A DNA stretch of 64,000 nt, from NCBI GenBank assembly GCA_051362555.1, contig CM120648.1:5080587-5144586 (forward strand), written 5' to 3'. The notes under the pieces are model-generated. The model had not been told where the DNA came from. It searched no databases and worked only from the letters and a program-made list of their open reading frames with translations. Below, one piece after another: positions 1 to 18,037 of this stretch (position 1 is the stretch's first letter; every line of letters begins with the position of its first letter). Source of the DNA: Lingula anatina (Eukaryota; Animalia; Brachiopoda). The translations under genes and the position numbers were made by a program.

Positions 1-4321
<4,321 letters not shown>

Positions 4322-5644
4322 GCTTTCTGTATAGTCATCATTGTAACATACCTGAGAAGGACTTAAAGTACTGTGCTACTACAGTATATTTACAGTGTAT
4401 GAATGTTAATAGGAAGAACGATTTCACTCTCTCTCCACTTGTTATTATCAACTCCTTAACACCCAGTTTCATTATAACACATAGAACAACTTAATTGAAG
4501 AGACAATGTTATCTTGATATTACTGTTGTTATCATTATGGGGCAAAATATATTTGTTAGGTATATGTACTGTGAGAGGAGGACCTCTGCTTCCCTCACAA
4601 GCTTTATCAAGTTCTTATTATTGTAAGTTTACATATGAAGATAGTCACAAGTTCAACTCTTACAGACTGGTTAAATTTAATAGTACCTACCGCACTCACA
4701 GACAGGTTTTAAGTGGGAAAAAAAAGAGATAAGTGGACAAAAAAAGAGATAAGTGGACAAAGAAAAGAACACTTGAATATTGGGATGTGGTGCTTGGCTT
4801 GAGATAGTTACGGCGTAAGACTGCTTAATGACTTCTATTGACCTCTATTTACCAGTATCTAGGTCACTGACTGATATTTGTATATCATACATATATTAAG
4901 GTCAGTGGCTTTAATATTTATCAATGTCATTGACCTGTATACTTGTATCTAGGTTATTAAACTATTACAGCTGGTTTAGCATAATGAGGATGACCTAAAT
5001 GCACTACTGTTAGTTCCAGATCAAATTAGCATGAACTTCTGATCAACATCTGGTCATATGTTACTACTTTTGTCTTGGTTATCACAAACTGAACTATAAT
5101 CACCAGTTGATTGGTGGACTTCATCTTCGAGGTAAAACGGTAAATCTTTTGGATGTAAAGCCAAAGAATCAACTTAATTTGTTCTCATTAAAATATGCTG
5201 TGGCTGCTAACATTTCTCTTTACATGTCCTTTTGTTATTAACCAAAGACAGTTGTAACAGAGTTTGCTTTTTCCTTCCTCATAAGTGTGTGGTAATATTG
5301 TTGTAGCAAGGAGAAGTTGCATGTTCTAGTTTATGGTGCTTTGCTGTGTTCAAATTAAGTTTATCTGAAGAAAAGATTAATTAGGCATTTAAGCTTTATA
5401 CTTGGTGTTTAGAACCTTGCAAATGACATAATCATTTTGTTACTTTCATACATATGTAGTAGAAGAAAGGACTGGCAGGTTTAGAAGAATTGTTCCTTAG
5501 ATTGAGTTATTATGATCACAGTGATAGGAGTATTTTAGTTACCATTAGTAACTGTTTGTTTACATGGGGTGCCATGGATTCTGTCAACAATGCCTCACTG
5601 AATGTTGTGCTGTGCTGTTAAATTCCTGGAGGGAAATGAAAATG

Positions 5645-5650
5645 AATAAA
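5645..5650 (+). terminator. Probable polyadenylation signal of enolase (3' UTR ~1.3 kb)
   Basis: AATAAA followed by T/GT-rich sequence, just before the convergent ELP5 3' end. Confidence 0.5.
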
Positions 5651-6170
5651 ATGTTTTTAACACAGTTGTTTTCAAGTTGCTCTTCCCACCTTGGGTTCAC
5701 TGCAAAAATTTTAATGTCATTAAAAATTAAAAGGGGATTATCAAAATTTGGATCGTAAATTTATATTTATTTCTACATTTTAAAAGGTTAAAGCGTTTAA
5801 AAGGTTAAGCGTAAGCATTCTGTAAAACATTTACAGATTGGTGCAATGTGGACATTTTAAAATAGAGCCCATTTGTCTTCCTTTGGAAAAGATAAATTGG
5901 ACAACTGGAAGAAAAATACTTCACAATTTTATTTCCAGTAACTGTGATCACCACGTACTGCCTTAAACCAAATGAACAGTTGTCCAGAATATTTTCTTTT
6001 TCCAACTTTTTCACACAACTTTAATAGCGTGGTAAAGCAGCAAACATGCCTGCAATATACTTCATATCCATCCTTTCTTTCAAGTGAGGTCAAAGACATT
6101 GAAAACGTTGCAAGGTATTCAGATCCAAGGTCATCAGCTCAAATGTCAAGGTTAGGTCAAGGCCATTGGA

Positions 6171-6713
6171 TCAAATGTCAAGGTCATCATCAGGATCCTC
6201 TTCATCAAAGTCGTCTGCCTCATCAGGCTGGTAAAAGATTTTACTGTGGACAGCAGTTCCTTTCTGCAGTATACCATGTTTTCTGAATATGAAATAAAAA
6301 TTTTAGACCTCTAAAAAAATCACCCACCCTTTTTTTGTCAATTATTTCAACATTTCAACAACACTTTGCAATTTTTATGTCTGTGAGTGAAATATTATTG
6401 TAAACTACAACTTTAGACAATATATTTACCTACAAAATAATATCCTACACCAAGTTTTATATTCTCCAGAAAATATTTAACCACCATCTGAGAATGACCT
6501 ATAATACTCACGTTTCATCATCATGCATATACGGCAGTTTAAGCTGGCTTCTGGCCTCCTTCTCTGCATCAGTTAAACTGAGGTTAAAGGTCAAGTTGGC
6601 AGCTGGATCGGCCTGCTAGAGAAAGTGTTGGCAAGGCATTACATTCTACCCAAAGTAGTGCTTTGAAGCACCCTAAATTTCAGGGCACTGACAAAAACTC
6701 TACAGCATTCACT

Positions 6714-6746
<33 letters not shown>

Positions 6747-9285
6747 GGGGGGGGGGGGAAGGGGGGGAGGGTCAACATTAAGACTACATCACATTCTCAT
6801 ATACAGCCTACAGGAGTCTCTGAAATACAATTTTGTCCCAACGGCGTACACTTTCAGTGTCTCTTCTTTAATCAACGGTACTCCCTTAGTCCCTTTTTTT
6901 TTTGTTCTTGGGCATTTTATTTTTGACCGTGTTTAGCAATGTTATAGCATTTTAATACTAATTTATTATTAATTTCTTATACTAATTTAACCACTAAAAT
7001 TTAGTGGTTTAGTGCTAGATTTTTCTTTATTTGACATCAACTTACAGTATCTAGTGCATCCTCTGGTTTCCTTTTTGTAAGCATTATCACAGCTTCCACA
7101 TCCTGAATGTCAAAATTCTGGGATATGGAAAATCTTTCTTTCTGAAACATGGAAATATAACAGCTCCTTAACAGAAAATATTTAGTCTGTAAATAAAAAT
7201 AACTTACTTGTATCATATAACCTAAAGACCATGAAAACCCCATTTCATAAAAAGTAGTATCATGTTTTACCTATTTTGAAATATCTACATCTAAAAAAAT
7301 GATTTTCTCGATAATTTAACCAAAATCTCACTGAATTCACCTTTTTTTAATGCATGATCTTTCTTATATATAAAATTACACATAAAATCCACCTACTGCA
7401 AGTTACACGCAGAGCATGTTGTAATACCCAAGACTTTATAGAATTTCAGAATGCCTCCATTACAATAAAAGACTTCTAGCCCCAATTTTTTTTCATCTTA
7501 GGCCTCTCAGGAGAAAAAATTCCTGTGCCTCATCATACCACCCATTCTATCCCTCGTCCCCTTAATCCTCAGACACATCACTTACTGATTTCATAATTTT
7601 CCCTGACTGTTTTTTGTGTAGTATATCACAAACGGCATAACAGTTTGTCCTGTCAGGGGGCAGCACTGTCACCACTGTGGAAAATACCATTTCTACCAGC
7701 CTGGAAGTGGGCTCGTCATGGAGATCTTCATGCAGGAGAGCCATCACCTGGACACTTTCTGAAAAATCAAATTCTGGTCAGTTTTTACAGTCAAAATGCT
7801 GACTTCCTAGAGCTCAAATCCTTTCAAGGTGATATTTTGTTTTGGGTGAGAATGCTCTCCCAAAATAATCTGATGACAGAATTTATCATCTAATATCAAA
7901 TTTATGGCACCAGTGACGTAAAAAATAACAAACTAAAATAACATTAAATTGAAAAAATAATTGTGAAAAATAATGCAAAATGTGACATGAACAATTATCA
8001 AATATCAAATGAATGGCAACTTTAATATATCAAATAAAATAACAAATGCAATGAAATAAAGTAAAGTAAAAATAAAAAATAAAAACTGACAGGATCCTAG
8101 CTGCCAACCTACCAGCACCAATGACATCCTGGTCCTTCAGTCTGCTGACAACCTGACAAGTGTAAGGTGTCACCCTGTGCAGCAGAAAAGGACTGAGAGA
8201 GTCCAGCACTATCAGAACCTTCTTGTCTTTGATCCCCTTCACAGATTCCTTGGCATAAAGCACAAAGTCTTGCTGCAGCTTGTAGCACTCAGGTGTCCCC
8301 TCCCAGCCAAGAGGATCTGAGCTGCAGTCATGGTATTGGACACTAAAATAATGTAATATTAATATTCTAATCAACAAGCTGCCATTTTGAAATGCAGAGC
8401 AGTTAGAAATTTAAAGATTATTTTATTAATAAATCCATTCCACCTCAAGCAAGTTATCCATTAGCTAGTCATTTGGATTACTGGTTAAGTATGGCTTAAA
8501 TTCAAGTTGCAGGACTCCAGAAATTGCTTGTGCCAGGCAATTAACACCAAAGGGTATATGGAGCCTTGTGTTAATTATTGAATTGACATTACTAAATATT
8601 TAAGCAACTGCAGAAAATTAAATCACAGAAGTAATAAATACATACTTTGCTTGCAAATGGCCCGAGAGGTCCTGGCTTTTTTCATCTGCATTTGGGTCAA
8701 AACTGAATATATGCACTTGATCCACCCTTGAACAATGAATACATTCCTGAGTTCAATTATAATGATTTTGATAAATCTGAACAAATTTGAATATCTGTAT
8801 ATAATTTCAGTATTATTAACTGAATTTTATTACTTATGATACACTATTCGACATGTGTCAAAAAGGCGAGATTGAGAAATTATACTTATTAACAAGTTGG
8901 CAACCAAAAGAAGGCTGATGCTTTCTGTTTACCTGTTTGACACCTGTATTATCAAAGCTTTCAGTAAACCTCTTCCATATTGTTGAACACTGTCTGAAAA
9001 TACAAAAAAAAAGTCAAATAAGTTTCCACTGTCATCTGCAGTCTCATGGTACACATCTCTTTTTGTTTCACAGCTATATACCTGAAAATGTTTCCATTGA
9101 AACTTAAAATTGTGAAAGCCTCTATGAAAGTCGCCACTCTCAACATTTAATCAGTAAATCCCGATCATAAACACTTACATTTTGGCTCGTATAAATCTAA
9201 CTCAAAAACCTAAATAAAAATGGTTATTACCTTTGATCAGTATACTGCCTGACTGCTCCCGTCCACTAACAATATTTTCTAACAT
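6171..9285 (-). CDS. ELP5: Elongator complex protein 5
   Basis: Exons (-): 9285-9231, 8993-8933, 8726-8646, 8342-8113, 7758-7586, 7141-7046, 6615-6512, 6282-6171; phases consistent. Motifs YHDCSSDPLGW, IVLDSLSPFLL, ALLHEDLHD, DPAANLTFNLSLTDAEKEARSQLKLPY and the diagnostic acidic C-terminus IFYQPDEADDFDEEDPDDDLDI*. Confidence 0.95.
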
Positions 9286-9459
9286 CTCTTATTTTTATTT
9301 ACACGCGAACAAAGTTTACAAAAACAAAACCACTGTAAACATCATGACTTCATGGGCGCAGCCATATTGCCTGTGGTGTGGAAGATCCCGGATGTGTCAT
9401 GGTTGCGCCCATGTGAAATCCTAGCGTGGTATTACTTGTTGCGAATACCTTTTAAAAAG
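9286..9459. promoter_or_regulatory. Compact bidirectional promoter ELP5/NUDT8, including a probable non-coding first exon of NUDT8
   Basis: ELP5 ATG at 9285 (-); + strand donor AAG|GTAATT at ~9459; locally CpG-richer; GCCAT (YY1-like) and CCGGATGT (ETS-like) motifs; 15-bp inverted repeat at 9351-9365/9399-9413. Confidence 0.6.
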
Positions 9460-10204
9460 GTAATTTATGTAAGGCTGTGGTATGTTATAACCTTCCAAAA
9501 GTCATACGGATAAGTATGCATTGTTTATATATCAATCGATCGTTTTGGATTTTTGACAAGCACCCCATCATCCACGTGCAGTTGACTTTGCCTTGACATT
9601 GAATGTAGACTAGTAGGTCTGTGTGTAGTGTAGTCTGAATGCCTAGGGCTAGGTTCTTAGTGAGTCTGAATTTCTAGGTCCATTCTTTTGTGATGAATGA
9701 GGGTGATAAAAAGTGAATCCTACCTTTGCAACAATATTACTAGTACTCATATCCTATACACTACTGTGAGTGTCATAGAACTCTATTTTTAATGCTTTAA
9801 TTGTCTTTTTCAACCAATATACCGGTATTTGACAATGAGTAAATTAATATACAACTTGTTAGCACATTTTTAATAATTTAATAATATACTGGAGTACATT
9901 GCTGTAATTGGTTACCACGTTGTTGTTTTTTGAATTACATGTGAGAATGACTGTTAAATATACCTGTAATTTTGGGCAAATTTGCACAGTAGATTACAAC
10001 CTGATATTTCTAAAAGCTGTGATGTTTGTAATATGTAATGTGATGCACATGTTTTCTGCATATTTTAGGTGGTCCTGTTATGAGCCATTTTAATGGTACC
10101 ATCTCTGTTGGGAACCCAGCTCACCCTACCGTAAACAGAAGGAATGTGATTGTGCTAATGGTGAAAAACCATATGTTAAGAGTGATGACATTGCCTCTGA
10201 TAAT

Positions 10205-12698
10205 ATGTCATACAGTTTAACACTGAGAGGCAGTTTTACTGCCTGTGTAAGAGGCTACCACCAAACCTCAAAATCATGTAGCTGTTTTCCCATCACAGAT
10301 ATCCATCCTGTCTCACAAAAGACAAAAAGTTCAGTCGCTTCTTTAACAAACTCAGTGCATAAATTATGTTTTAGCTTTACACAGAAAAGGGATCTTAATA
10401 GGCGAGCTGGAGCCACTGGATTTAATATCCCAGTTGTACAATTCAGTAGGATAAATGAGAATGGTAAATCTGATGAAAGTGACAATGCAAGTTGCAACAT
10501 TATTGAAGTTCCAGTGAGACATAACAGTGATAATAACAAAAGCAACAGTCAGTGTAAGTGTTCCCATGTACCAGTGTTGGAAAGCAGTTCATTGAAATAT
10601 GACAGCAGTTCATCATTTCAAAGAAGAATTTTCAACAGAAAGGAGTGTTTGAATAATTTGCCACCAGGTTTGCCTCTAGGGAAATCAACCATGTTACAAG
10701 TAACACCAGGCACGCCAAAAAATTGGTCAGTATTGAGGTTGCACTCTGGAACAGGAACCCAGAGAGGACAATACTCCAGGAAAATCTGTGACAGTGAAAA
10801 CAACTGCACTTTATACTCACAGCTTGATACATCCACATTGCAACCTAAGGGGTCGTGCAGGAATCGGTCAGTCAGTCATGTTTCAAACTTAACCAAAGAT
10901 TTTCTACAAGGGCATTTAATTACAACTTCAAAATGGCATGATGTTAAGAGAGGACCTCAAATCCAGTCAACTCAGGGAGGTACTAGGACATCTTTGCATG
11001 TCTTTGCCAAAGTATCATACAGCAGTTGGTTGTCATTTCATAACTCTTTGTCTTCCATGGGGCCTGTCTTGGCAAGTGCCCCATCTAGGTACAAGTCGAC
11101 TTTTAGCCTTGCTTCTAACAACAGGACTATCCTATCAAAGAAACCTTTGATCAGTCATTCAAATAGCAGTATTAAGTCACACAGATGGCCAGCTTGCATG
11201 AAAACACAATCTTCCAGACCCATTTTTACCAAAAAAGTGGATGTTTCACTGGAGAACATCTTCAGCTCGGAGAACAAAGTTCGGTCACAGAGGGCACTGA
11301 ATACCAGTGGTATTGAGGTAAAGGATGAGGAGTGTGCCGCGGTATGTGTATGCGTGCTCAGCTGTGTTAACTGACATTCTGCTCTTTGATTTAGGAGAAG
11401 GAGGTGCATTTATATCTCTTTCTCAAACCAAATTGGATAAAATTGTATATATGAAGTAAAAGTGAAAAGATTACTGACAAGATTTTTGATATTCAAACAC
11501 ATCAATTCTTTTTTTCTTTTTTTTTTTTTTTGTGCATCTAAATATTCAATAATACATTACCATTTTGCTGATCAAAAACAATGAAAATCCCCTTAAAAAT
11601 ATAAAACACCAGAGTTGAGAAATAGGCACTGTTGACTTGTCGATTTATATTTATATTTACTAATATTCTCACATACTCTAACTCCTCTAAACAGCCCGCC
11701 AAGTCCATCGTCATCCCAATCCACCAGAAGTCGAGGGAGGCAGCGGTGCTGGTGCCCCTGTGTACTGTCAATGGCGTGCCTGCCATACTGTTTACGCTGA
11801 GGACCACCAGGATGAACAACCATAGGGGGCAGGTCAGGTGAGGCCATTAGCTTAAAAAAGGCACTTGAATTACACGCTGTGTTCAAAATTAACACTGGAC
11901 CATATGCCCAGGGCCAACAGCTTTCAGAATGGGCCGAGAAGTTTTCCCATCGGGCCAGCTACTTTTCAAGATGGTTGGATCTTCGGTCCAGCAACTAATT
12001 TTCCTCAGAGGCAAACACTGATTTACATAAGTCAATTTTTTGCCACAAAAGACCATCAAATGCCAACATATAGTTTTGGGAAGTATAACTTATAGAAATT
12101 CCAAAAAGAGAACATTTTTCTATTACCTGAAAATGATTTTTGAAGAGCTGTGCATTTCTAATTTTCCAGTTTTCCTGGAGGGATGAAAGATGAAGATGAT
12201 GGCTCCATAGTGGATACTGCAATACGAGAGATGGAGGAGGAACTGGGGATACCATCCAGCACAATAGATGTATGGGGGACACTACCCACTACATCTAGCA
12301 AGGTAGGTATACAGGCTTTTAGGTTTCTTTGTTTCAAAGAACTGCGTGTTTGGATGAAAAAAAGGTCTGCTCAAAGTTAAAATTTGTACTGTATCATTTC
12401 TCAGGATGGGTCAGTGAAAGAGGTTAAAAAAAAGGATTCCCCTCTGCAAAATTTTAGGCTTCTTGCAAACTGTGCAGCAAATTTGCAAACTTGCCAGAAC
12501 ATTTTTCTTTTTTTTTTTTTTTTTTGCAATCCTGCAAACTCCTTGCTGCATAAGTTTGTAGCAAATTTGCTTCAAATTTTTCGTGTTGCTAAGGGGTGTG
12601 CCCCCTTTGGAATTGCTGCATAAAGGCCTGATGTGTTCCGAACAATGACTCGCACACCTTGAAAATTTTTAACTCGAAGACAGGTCACTGGGGAAGAA

Positions 12699-12731
<33 letters not shown>

Positions 12732-13579
12732 CGGTCAGATTGCTTATTACTTTTTAAAACAAAATATATGATGTACCATTATATATGGCTTGTATGCATG
12801 TATACAATCATGCATCCACCCACGTGCACACTGATTGTGTGAAATTATTCTTTTATCTGCTTTGATATACAAGTATCCTTGTCATTTTTTTCAATCTTTG
12901 TAATTGCAAGGAACTAGCAAAGACAATAATGAATGTCTTTTTTTTCTTGTTCTCAGAACGATGGCAGTATTTTGGTCACACCAGTAGTGGCCACTTGTGG
13001 AGAAATCACTGAAGACAATCTGATAGTCAATCCTCATGAAGTACGTGTGTTTTAACTTGCATTTGATGATAACATCATGTTAATTCTTTAATGTAATTTC
13101 ATTTTTTGGTGCTTTTGAAACATTTTTACTTTTTGCAAACTTTTTTTGCAAAGAAATGCACCACAGAAATAATAATGATTGAATACAATTATAACAAGTT
13201 AAATATGAAATGTGTTTTTACTCTTAATAATTTTGGACTTTAACATATGTTACTAGCCAATGTTGATTTGGGAAATTAGTTTCATAATTTAAAAAACAAT
13301 TCTTTTCAGATGAAATGGGTAGTAACTGTGTATTTGTTTTCTTTTCAGGTGGAGGAGATATTCTTTCAATCCATTGAATCACTATGCAACCCTGAAAACC
13401 AGGGTTACACCAGGTTCCGTACAGTCATCAAGCCAGTATACCCAAATGGTTACACTTTGCCTGCATTCACAGGGGGAGCACATCGCATATGGGGACTCAC
13501 TGCCGTAGTTCTACATCAGACCCTGAGGGCCATAGCACCAGGCATTTATAACTATAGGATACTGCATGGGAAAATGTAG
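10205..13579 (+). CDS. NUDT8: Nudix hydrolase 8 (mitochondrial CoA diphosphatase-like) with a long N-terminal extension
   Basis: Exons 10205-11341 (alternative in-phase donor at 11317), 11695-11837, 12170-12302, 12957-13040, 13349-13579. EAAVLVPLC...ILFTLRT...HRGQVSFPGG (CoA-Nudix/UPF0035 motif), Nudix box GGMKDEDDGSIVDTAIREMEEELGI, NPHEVEEIF, RIWGLTAVVL. Start codon uncertain. Confidence 0.9.
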
Positions 13580-13808
13580 CTAGATTATCATGAATAGTTA
13601 GGATCTCTTTTTGGTTGAAGTAAATGTTCTTTTTTTCTTTTTTAAATTTATTTTACCATTTTTTTCTTTGATTTATATTAGAATATTAATTTTAAAGATT
13701 ATCTAGATTTTTGGCTGTCTAGTTTTTATTATTGTAGAGTGAGCCATGCTGTTCCTAGGACTAGACTGATTTTTTGGTTTTATTGAAATACTTTTGTTCA
13801 TCACTGTT

Positions 13809-13852
<44 letters not shown>

Positions 13853-14279
13853 TGGGGGGGGGGGGTGGAAGTGGAAGTGTCAAATAATTAGTCCTCTTGA
13901 TTAGAGCTTGTTCATGACTGTTGTATTTTTTTTCTTAGTGATACTGTACACCTCCACTGGGTAGTAGCAATATGACAGTACTTAATATGAAGCACCATAT
14001 ATTTATTATTTCCATTTCACACTTGAATGCAGTGACTAGACCAAAGCCCTTTTCACATCATAATTAAGGTACACTTTTCTGTTTCTTACCATTTTGAGGG
14101 GCTGGACCACTTGAGAACCAGCTAGATGGTTTGAATTGATCACAAATTTTTTTGTTATGTTTCCTAACAAATGTATTGAAAGAAATGTCCAGAATTGCTT
14201 TGATTTTCACTTAATGTGATGTACAGTGACACTTCTGGGGAGATTGAATTAGTGAATTCATCTGTTTCATGTATTGGTG

Positions 14280-14445
14280 CAGGGGCGTAACCAGACCTTT
14301 TAAAATTGTACGCACAGATTTTGAAAATTCCCAGGTACGATTATATTCCGTGAAAAATACACTGAATTTGTGGAGAATGATATCATGGTTGGCTCAAAAA
14401 ATTGTACGCACAGTGCATCCGTGCGTATGCCTGGTTATGCCCCTG
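14280..14445. mobile_element. MITE with TIR CAGGGGCGTAACCAG, in the probable NUDT8 3' UTR
   Basis: caggggcgtaaccag ... ctggttatgcccctg; flanks tggtg / cggtg (5-bp TSD with 1 mismatch); internal repeat aaaattgtacgcacag x2. Confidence 0.75.
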
Positions 14446-16613
14446 CGGTGAATATGGCACAATTTACAAATCAGGATTATCCAAGTGTGTCAAAACCAAC
14501 AATCAGTGGTAAATTGATTGGTATAGTTTTTGAAATGATGTGAAAAAAAAAAAAAAGATTGTTGAGAGCAAGCGTTCTGACCAATTTACTTGAAAACTTT
14601 GGTTGGGGTACTGATATTTGCATTATCAATTTGTTCAAATGTTTTTCTTTTAGGCCTTTCTGTCTTAAATATTATTCCTTATATTCCATGTCTAGATTAT
14701 TAATATTGACTTTCAGTATTTTTAAGAATTTGCATTAATTTAATCACACAAATTCAGAAGGCCGTAAATATTTTTCTATATTTAAAGTTGAGGGAAATAA
14801 TTTTAAGTTAGTATTGCCTTATTGAAAGGGGTCAAAGGAAACATTTATAATCACTGACAAATAAGAATTTAATTGAAACAAAGAAAAATATTTTGTTGAA
14901 AATATTAGACTTATTATTAAATGTTAAGGTATGTCTTATGTTTTAAACTTTTTCAAGGATATATATGATTTAATTTATAATTCATTTAGTGTTGAATAAA
15001 ATTATTTCTGCATACGTACAGTTAACTACAAGAGTTTGTGTGTGTGTGTTTGAGTTGAGAGGGATGCGACTATTTTAGGTAGAATTCCTGGATGTTTGGC
15101 AAATCCATCTTAACCCGATTATGTACATTCAGATGATTTGTGGGAAAAGAAAAGACTGACAGGTAGAAAACAAAAAACAAAAAAAAAATCAAGATAGAAA
15201 ATTGAAATTCTGAAATAATTTTCATTAACCCATTTTACTTTTTTAAAGAAAATACGCATTTTTGAAAGGTTAATATACTTAGAAATATATTACATAAATG
15301 TAAGAAATAGGAAAACGAGTTCATTTCATATTTTAAAAATGACTTTTATTCACCTGACTTAAGTGATACAATGTCACAGAACAAGGCTTGAATCACAGCT
15401 AATAAAATGTGGAGAACCCTACAATTATGCAGCCTCAAATGTAGACTGAAAGCTGCAGAATATGTAATCAATATTGATGTGACACATTTAATATATGATC
15501 AATATTGATCTTATATATATTCAATATCACTGCAAGCTGCTGAGCAAATGACAGAGATATCCAGCAGTGACACTGAATGTGCATCAAGATGTTTATTCTA
15601 CCAACTTTCAAAATCAAATTTTGAGCAAAGGTATAAACCAATATAAGTGTAAATCAGTTTAAGCAATTGTAGAATACATGGTAAAATTTGAGCAAAAGAA
15701 ATTGTTTCAGTTTGAATATTGAAAGGTGGCTCCATTTTTTTCTGTCATTTGAGCAAAAAGATGGGCCTTCAGACTGAAAAAAACTAAGGGAAACCTTTGT
15801 CTCTTGTTGCACTATGTAAACTTGCTGTGGTACTGTAAGCTTACTTGGCTAAGATACTTAATCAGCAGTTGCCATATACTGGCACTCGATGCCTAAATAT
15901 CACAAAATGTCCACCAGAACAAATATAATAGTGCATAGCAAAAAGTTGAGCACACATAGAATGAAGGTTAATACTGTAAAAGTTTAAAGTCAAATATTTT
16001 GTAAGTCTTGATCACTCTCGTATCGTGGTGATTTTTTCTCATAAAATGATGAAATGAGTAAGTTCAATGATAAATGCAGAATAATTCTGTTGGCAAAATA
16101 TGCTTGTCATGATATATAATACACTTAATCCACTATAAAATGAAAAGATCTGATGGTAATATCAGTCCATATGACATTAAGTGCAATCAATAATTATCCA
16201 AGGAGAACAGGAAGACCATATCTCTAACCGAGACAGCCTTTTTTTTTAATCCCTTGGTCTGGTGTGAAATGAACATGGAAATGATAAACTTGCAATTATA
16301 TTTGATGTTCTCTTTTGATGTACGGATCTCTGTACCTGTTCACCAGAATCTGATTATTCCTTGATCCTAATGTGGAAGAATGAATGCTGTTTCTGTTTAA
16401 TCTAAACCATCCATGATTCTTCTCTATGATATATATAATTCAAGCTTAATGATGATCGCTTGTCCAAAGCACGATTTTCAATGCAAGTCTCTTTGAAATG
16501 GTACCTCTTCAAAAAATGCTGGTATTTTTCAACACCCAGAAATTATGTAATATATATACTATTTCTTCATGTCATGTGCAGTTTCAGATCTGCTACTCTC
16601 CATCCCTCCAAAA

Positions 16614-17930
16614 TTACATAGAAACTGCGGCCAAACCCTCCGGCTGCTGCACATAGTGAGAACTCCGTAGGTGTAGGTCTTTGTTTACTTTATTGTTCTT
16701 GTGTAGGGACGTAGACAGGTCCCTTGGGTTACCGTAGCGCAGGCGAACGTAGGACTCTTTTGGCATTTGGGTGTGTGAGAGTTGATAGTTTGTGTAATAA
16801 TCTCCCTTTGTGGCATTGGCTTGTTGCTCCCTCCATTTGTTCTGCAGTGTTTGGTAGAGCCCAAAATTTGTAGCATCACCTGTGAAGAGAAGGTAAAATA
16901 TATGTTAATGTGATGAGTTTTAATTGCTGCAATATGTATTTCTGGATTAGCTGCATATTAATAGATAAATATGTCTTGAGTTATTTTAAGGGCAATTTAA
17001 ACAAAAATGTGGCAGCAAAAAAAAAAAAAAAAATGTATATGGTTACAGCTAAGAATAATAACAATAAATAATAATAATAAACATTATTATAAACCTCCAA
17101 TAATGTGGGTTGTTGAAGCTAACCTTGTAATGGGTAGTCAGTTTTCTCTGGGGCCCAAGCCAGTTTATGTCCATCCCAGTCCCTCAGCTCTGGCAGCTTG
17201 TTCCACTCTGGTCTCTCCCTGTTGTTGTAATGCTCATCATACCAGGAGATCATGTTGTTGGAATATTTATTTCCATGATGTGTAAACAGCATCTCTTTGC
17301 CCAGACCTTCGTTTTTGAGCATGGCCTGCCTGCGAATGATGACATCTGGCTTTCCTGCCCCTTCATAATTCTTGAAGTCCATGCGATGGGTGCTGTTGTG
17401 TTTGTAGTTGCCTTTGTCAAACTGGAAGTGATGAAATGTATAAATAAATTATCTAATTTTCTGCTGATAATTTAGAGAAATAAATACATATAACAATGTA
17501 GAAGCTAATAAATAAATAAAAAGCAATAATATGAATTTACTAAGTAAATCACCCTTGAATTGGCCTAAATTAAGTAAAAGAAAAGTTATCTATCCAGCAC
17601 TGAAATGTTAAGTATTACAATTATTTAATTACATGTAATCTAGCTGTTCATGTTTTTGTTTCATGCAATGTATATATTATGACAGAATAATAAAACTAAT
17701 TTTGCAAATGTTTCGAAAATGTGACTGAATACGGATTTTGATAATGCAAGTACTTTATTAGTTTTACTTAAAGTTTTAGTACTCCTAGTTTGGCATTAAT
17801 TATTTTCCTAGATCTAAGTTCTCACCGTGTATCTCTGTTCTGCCCAGTTTCCGATCAAAACTCCATCGGCATATTTCTGCTCGATTCGCCACCCTGGCAT
17901 GCCCCATTTTAGTGGATCACCGTGCGACAT
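16614..17930 (-). CDS. CFAP107: Cilia- and flagella-associated protein 107 (C1orf158 homolog, axonemal microtubule inner protein)
   Basis: Exons 17930-17826, 17421-17124, 16879-16614. PGWRIEQKYADGVLIGNWAEQR, KNEGLGKEMLFTHH, ISWYDEHYN, LPELRDWDGHKLAWAPEKTDYPLQGDATNFGL match the recalled C1orf158 motifs (WQIETKYSTKVLTGNWMEER, EGLPYKHLITHH, LRTWNGQKLLWLPEKSDFPL, PTNYGL). Confidence 0.9.
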
Positions 17931-18025
17931 GTTTTATGTATCTGCACCTAGCGTTAATGCGTACAGTAAGTGTCGGCGTCTAGAAGCTAAATGTAGAGTG
18001 TTTTCCATGCGCTTCTGTTGTCATT

Positions 18026-18037
18026 GTACCTAGCAAC
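18026..18037. promoter_or_regulatory. Candidate RFX X-box upstream of CFAP107, in the CFAP107/MRPS22 bidirectional promoter
   Basis: GTACCTAGCAAC has a perfect TAGCAAC half-site, ~100 bp from the ATG of a ciliary gene. Confidence 0.5.

Noticed and set aside
12873-12881. GTATCCTTG, a U12-like donor in a NUDT8 intron
   Set aside because: Not at an exon boundary; the flanking exons join through ordinary U2 sites
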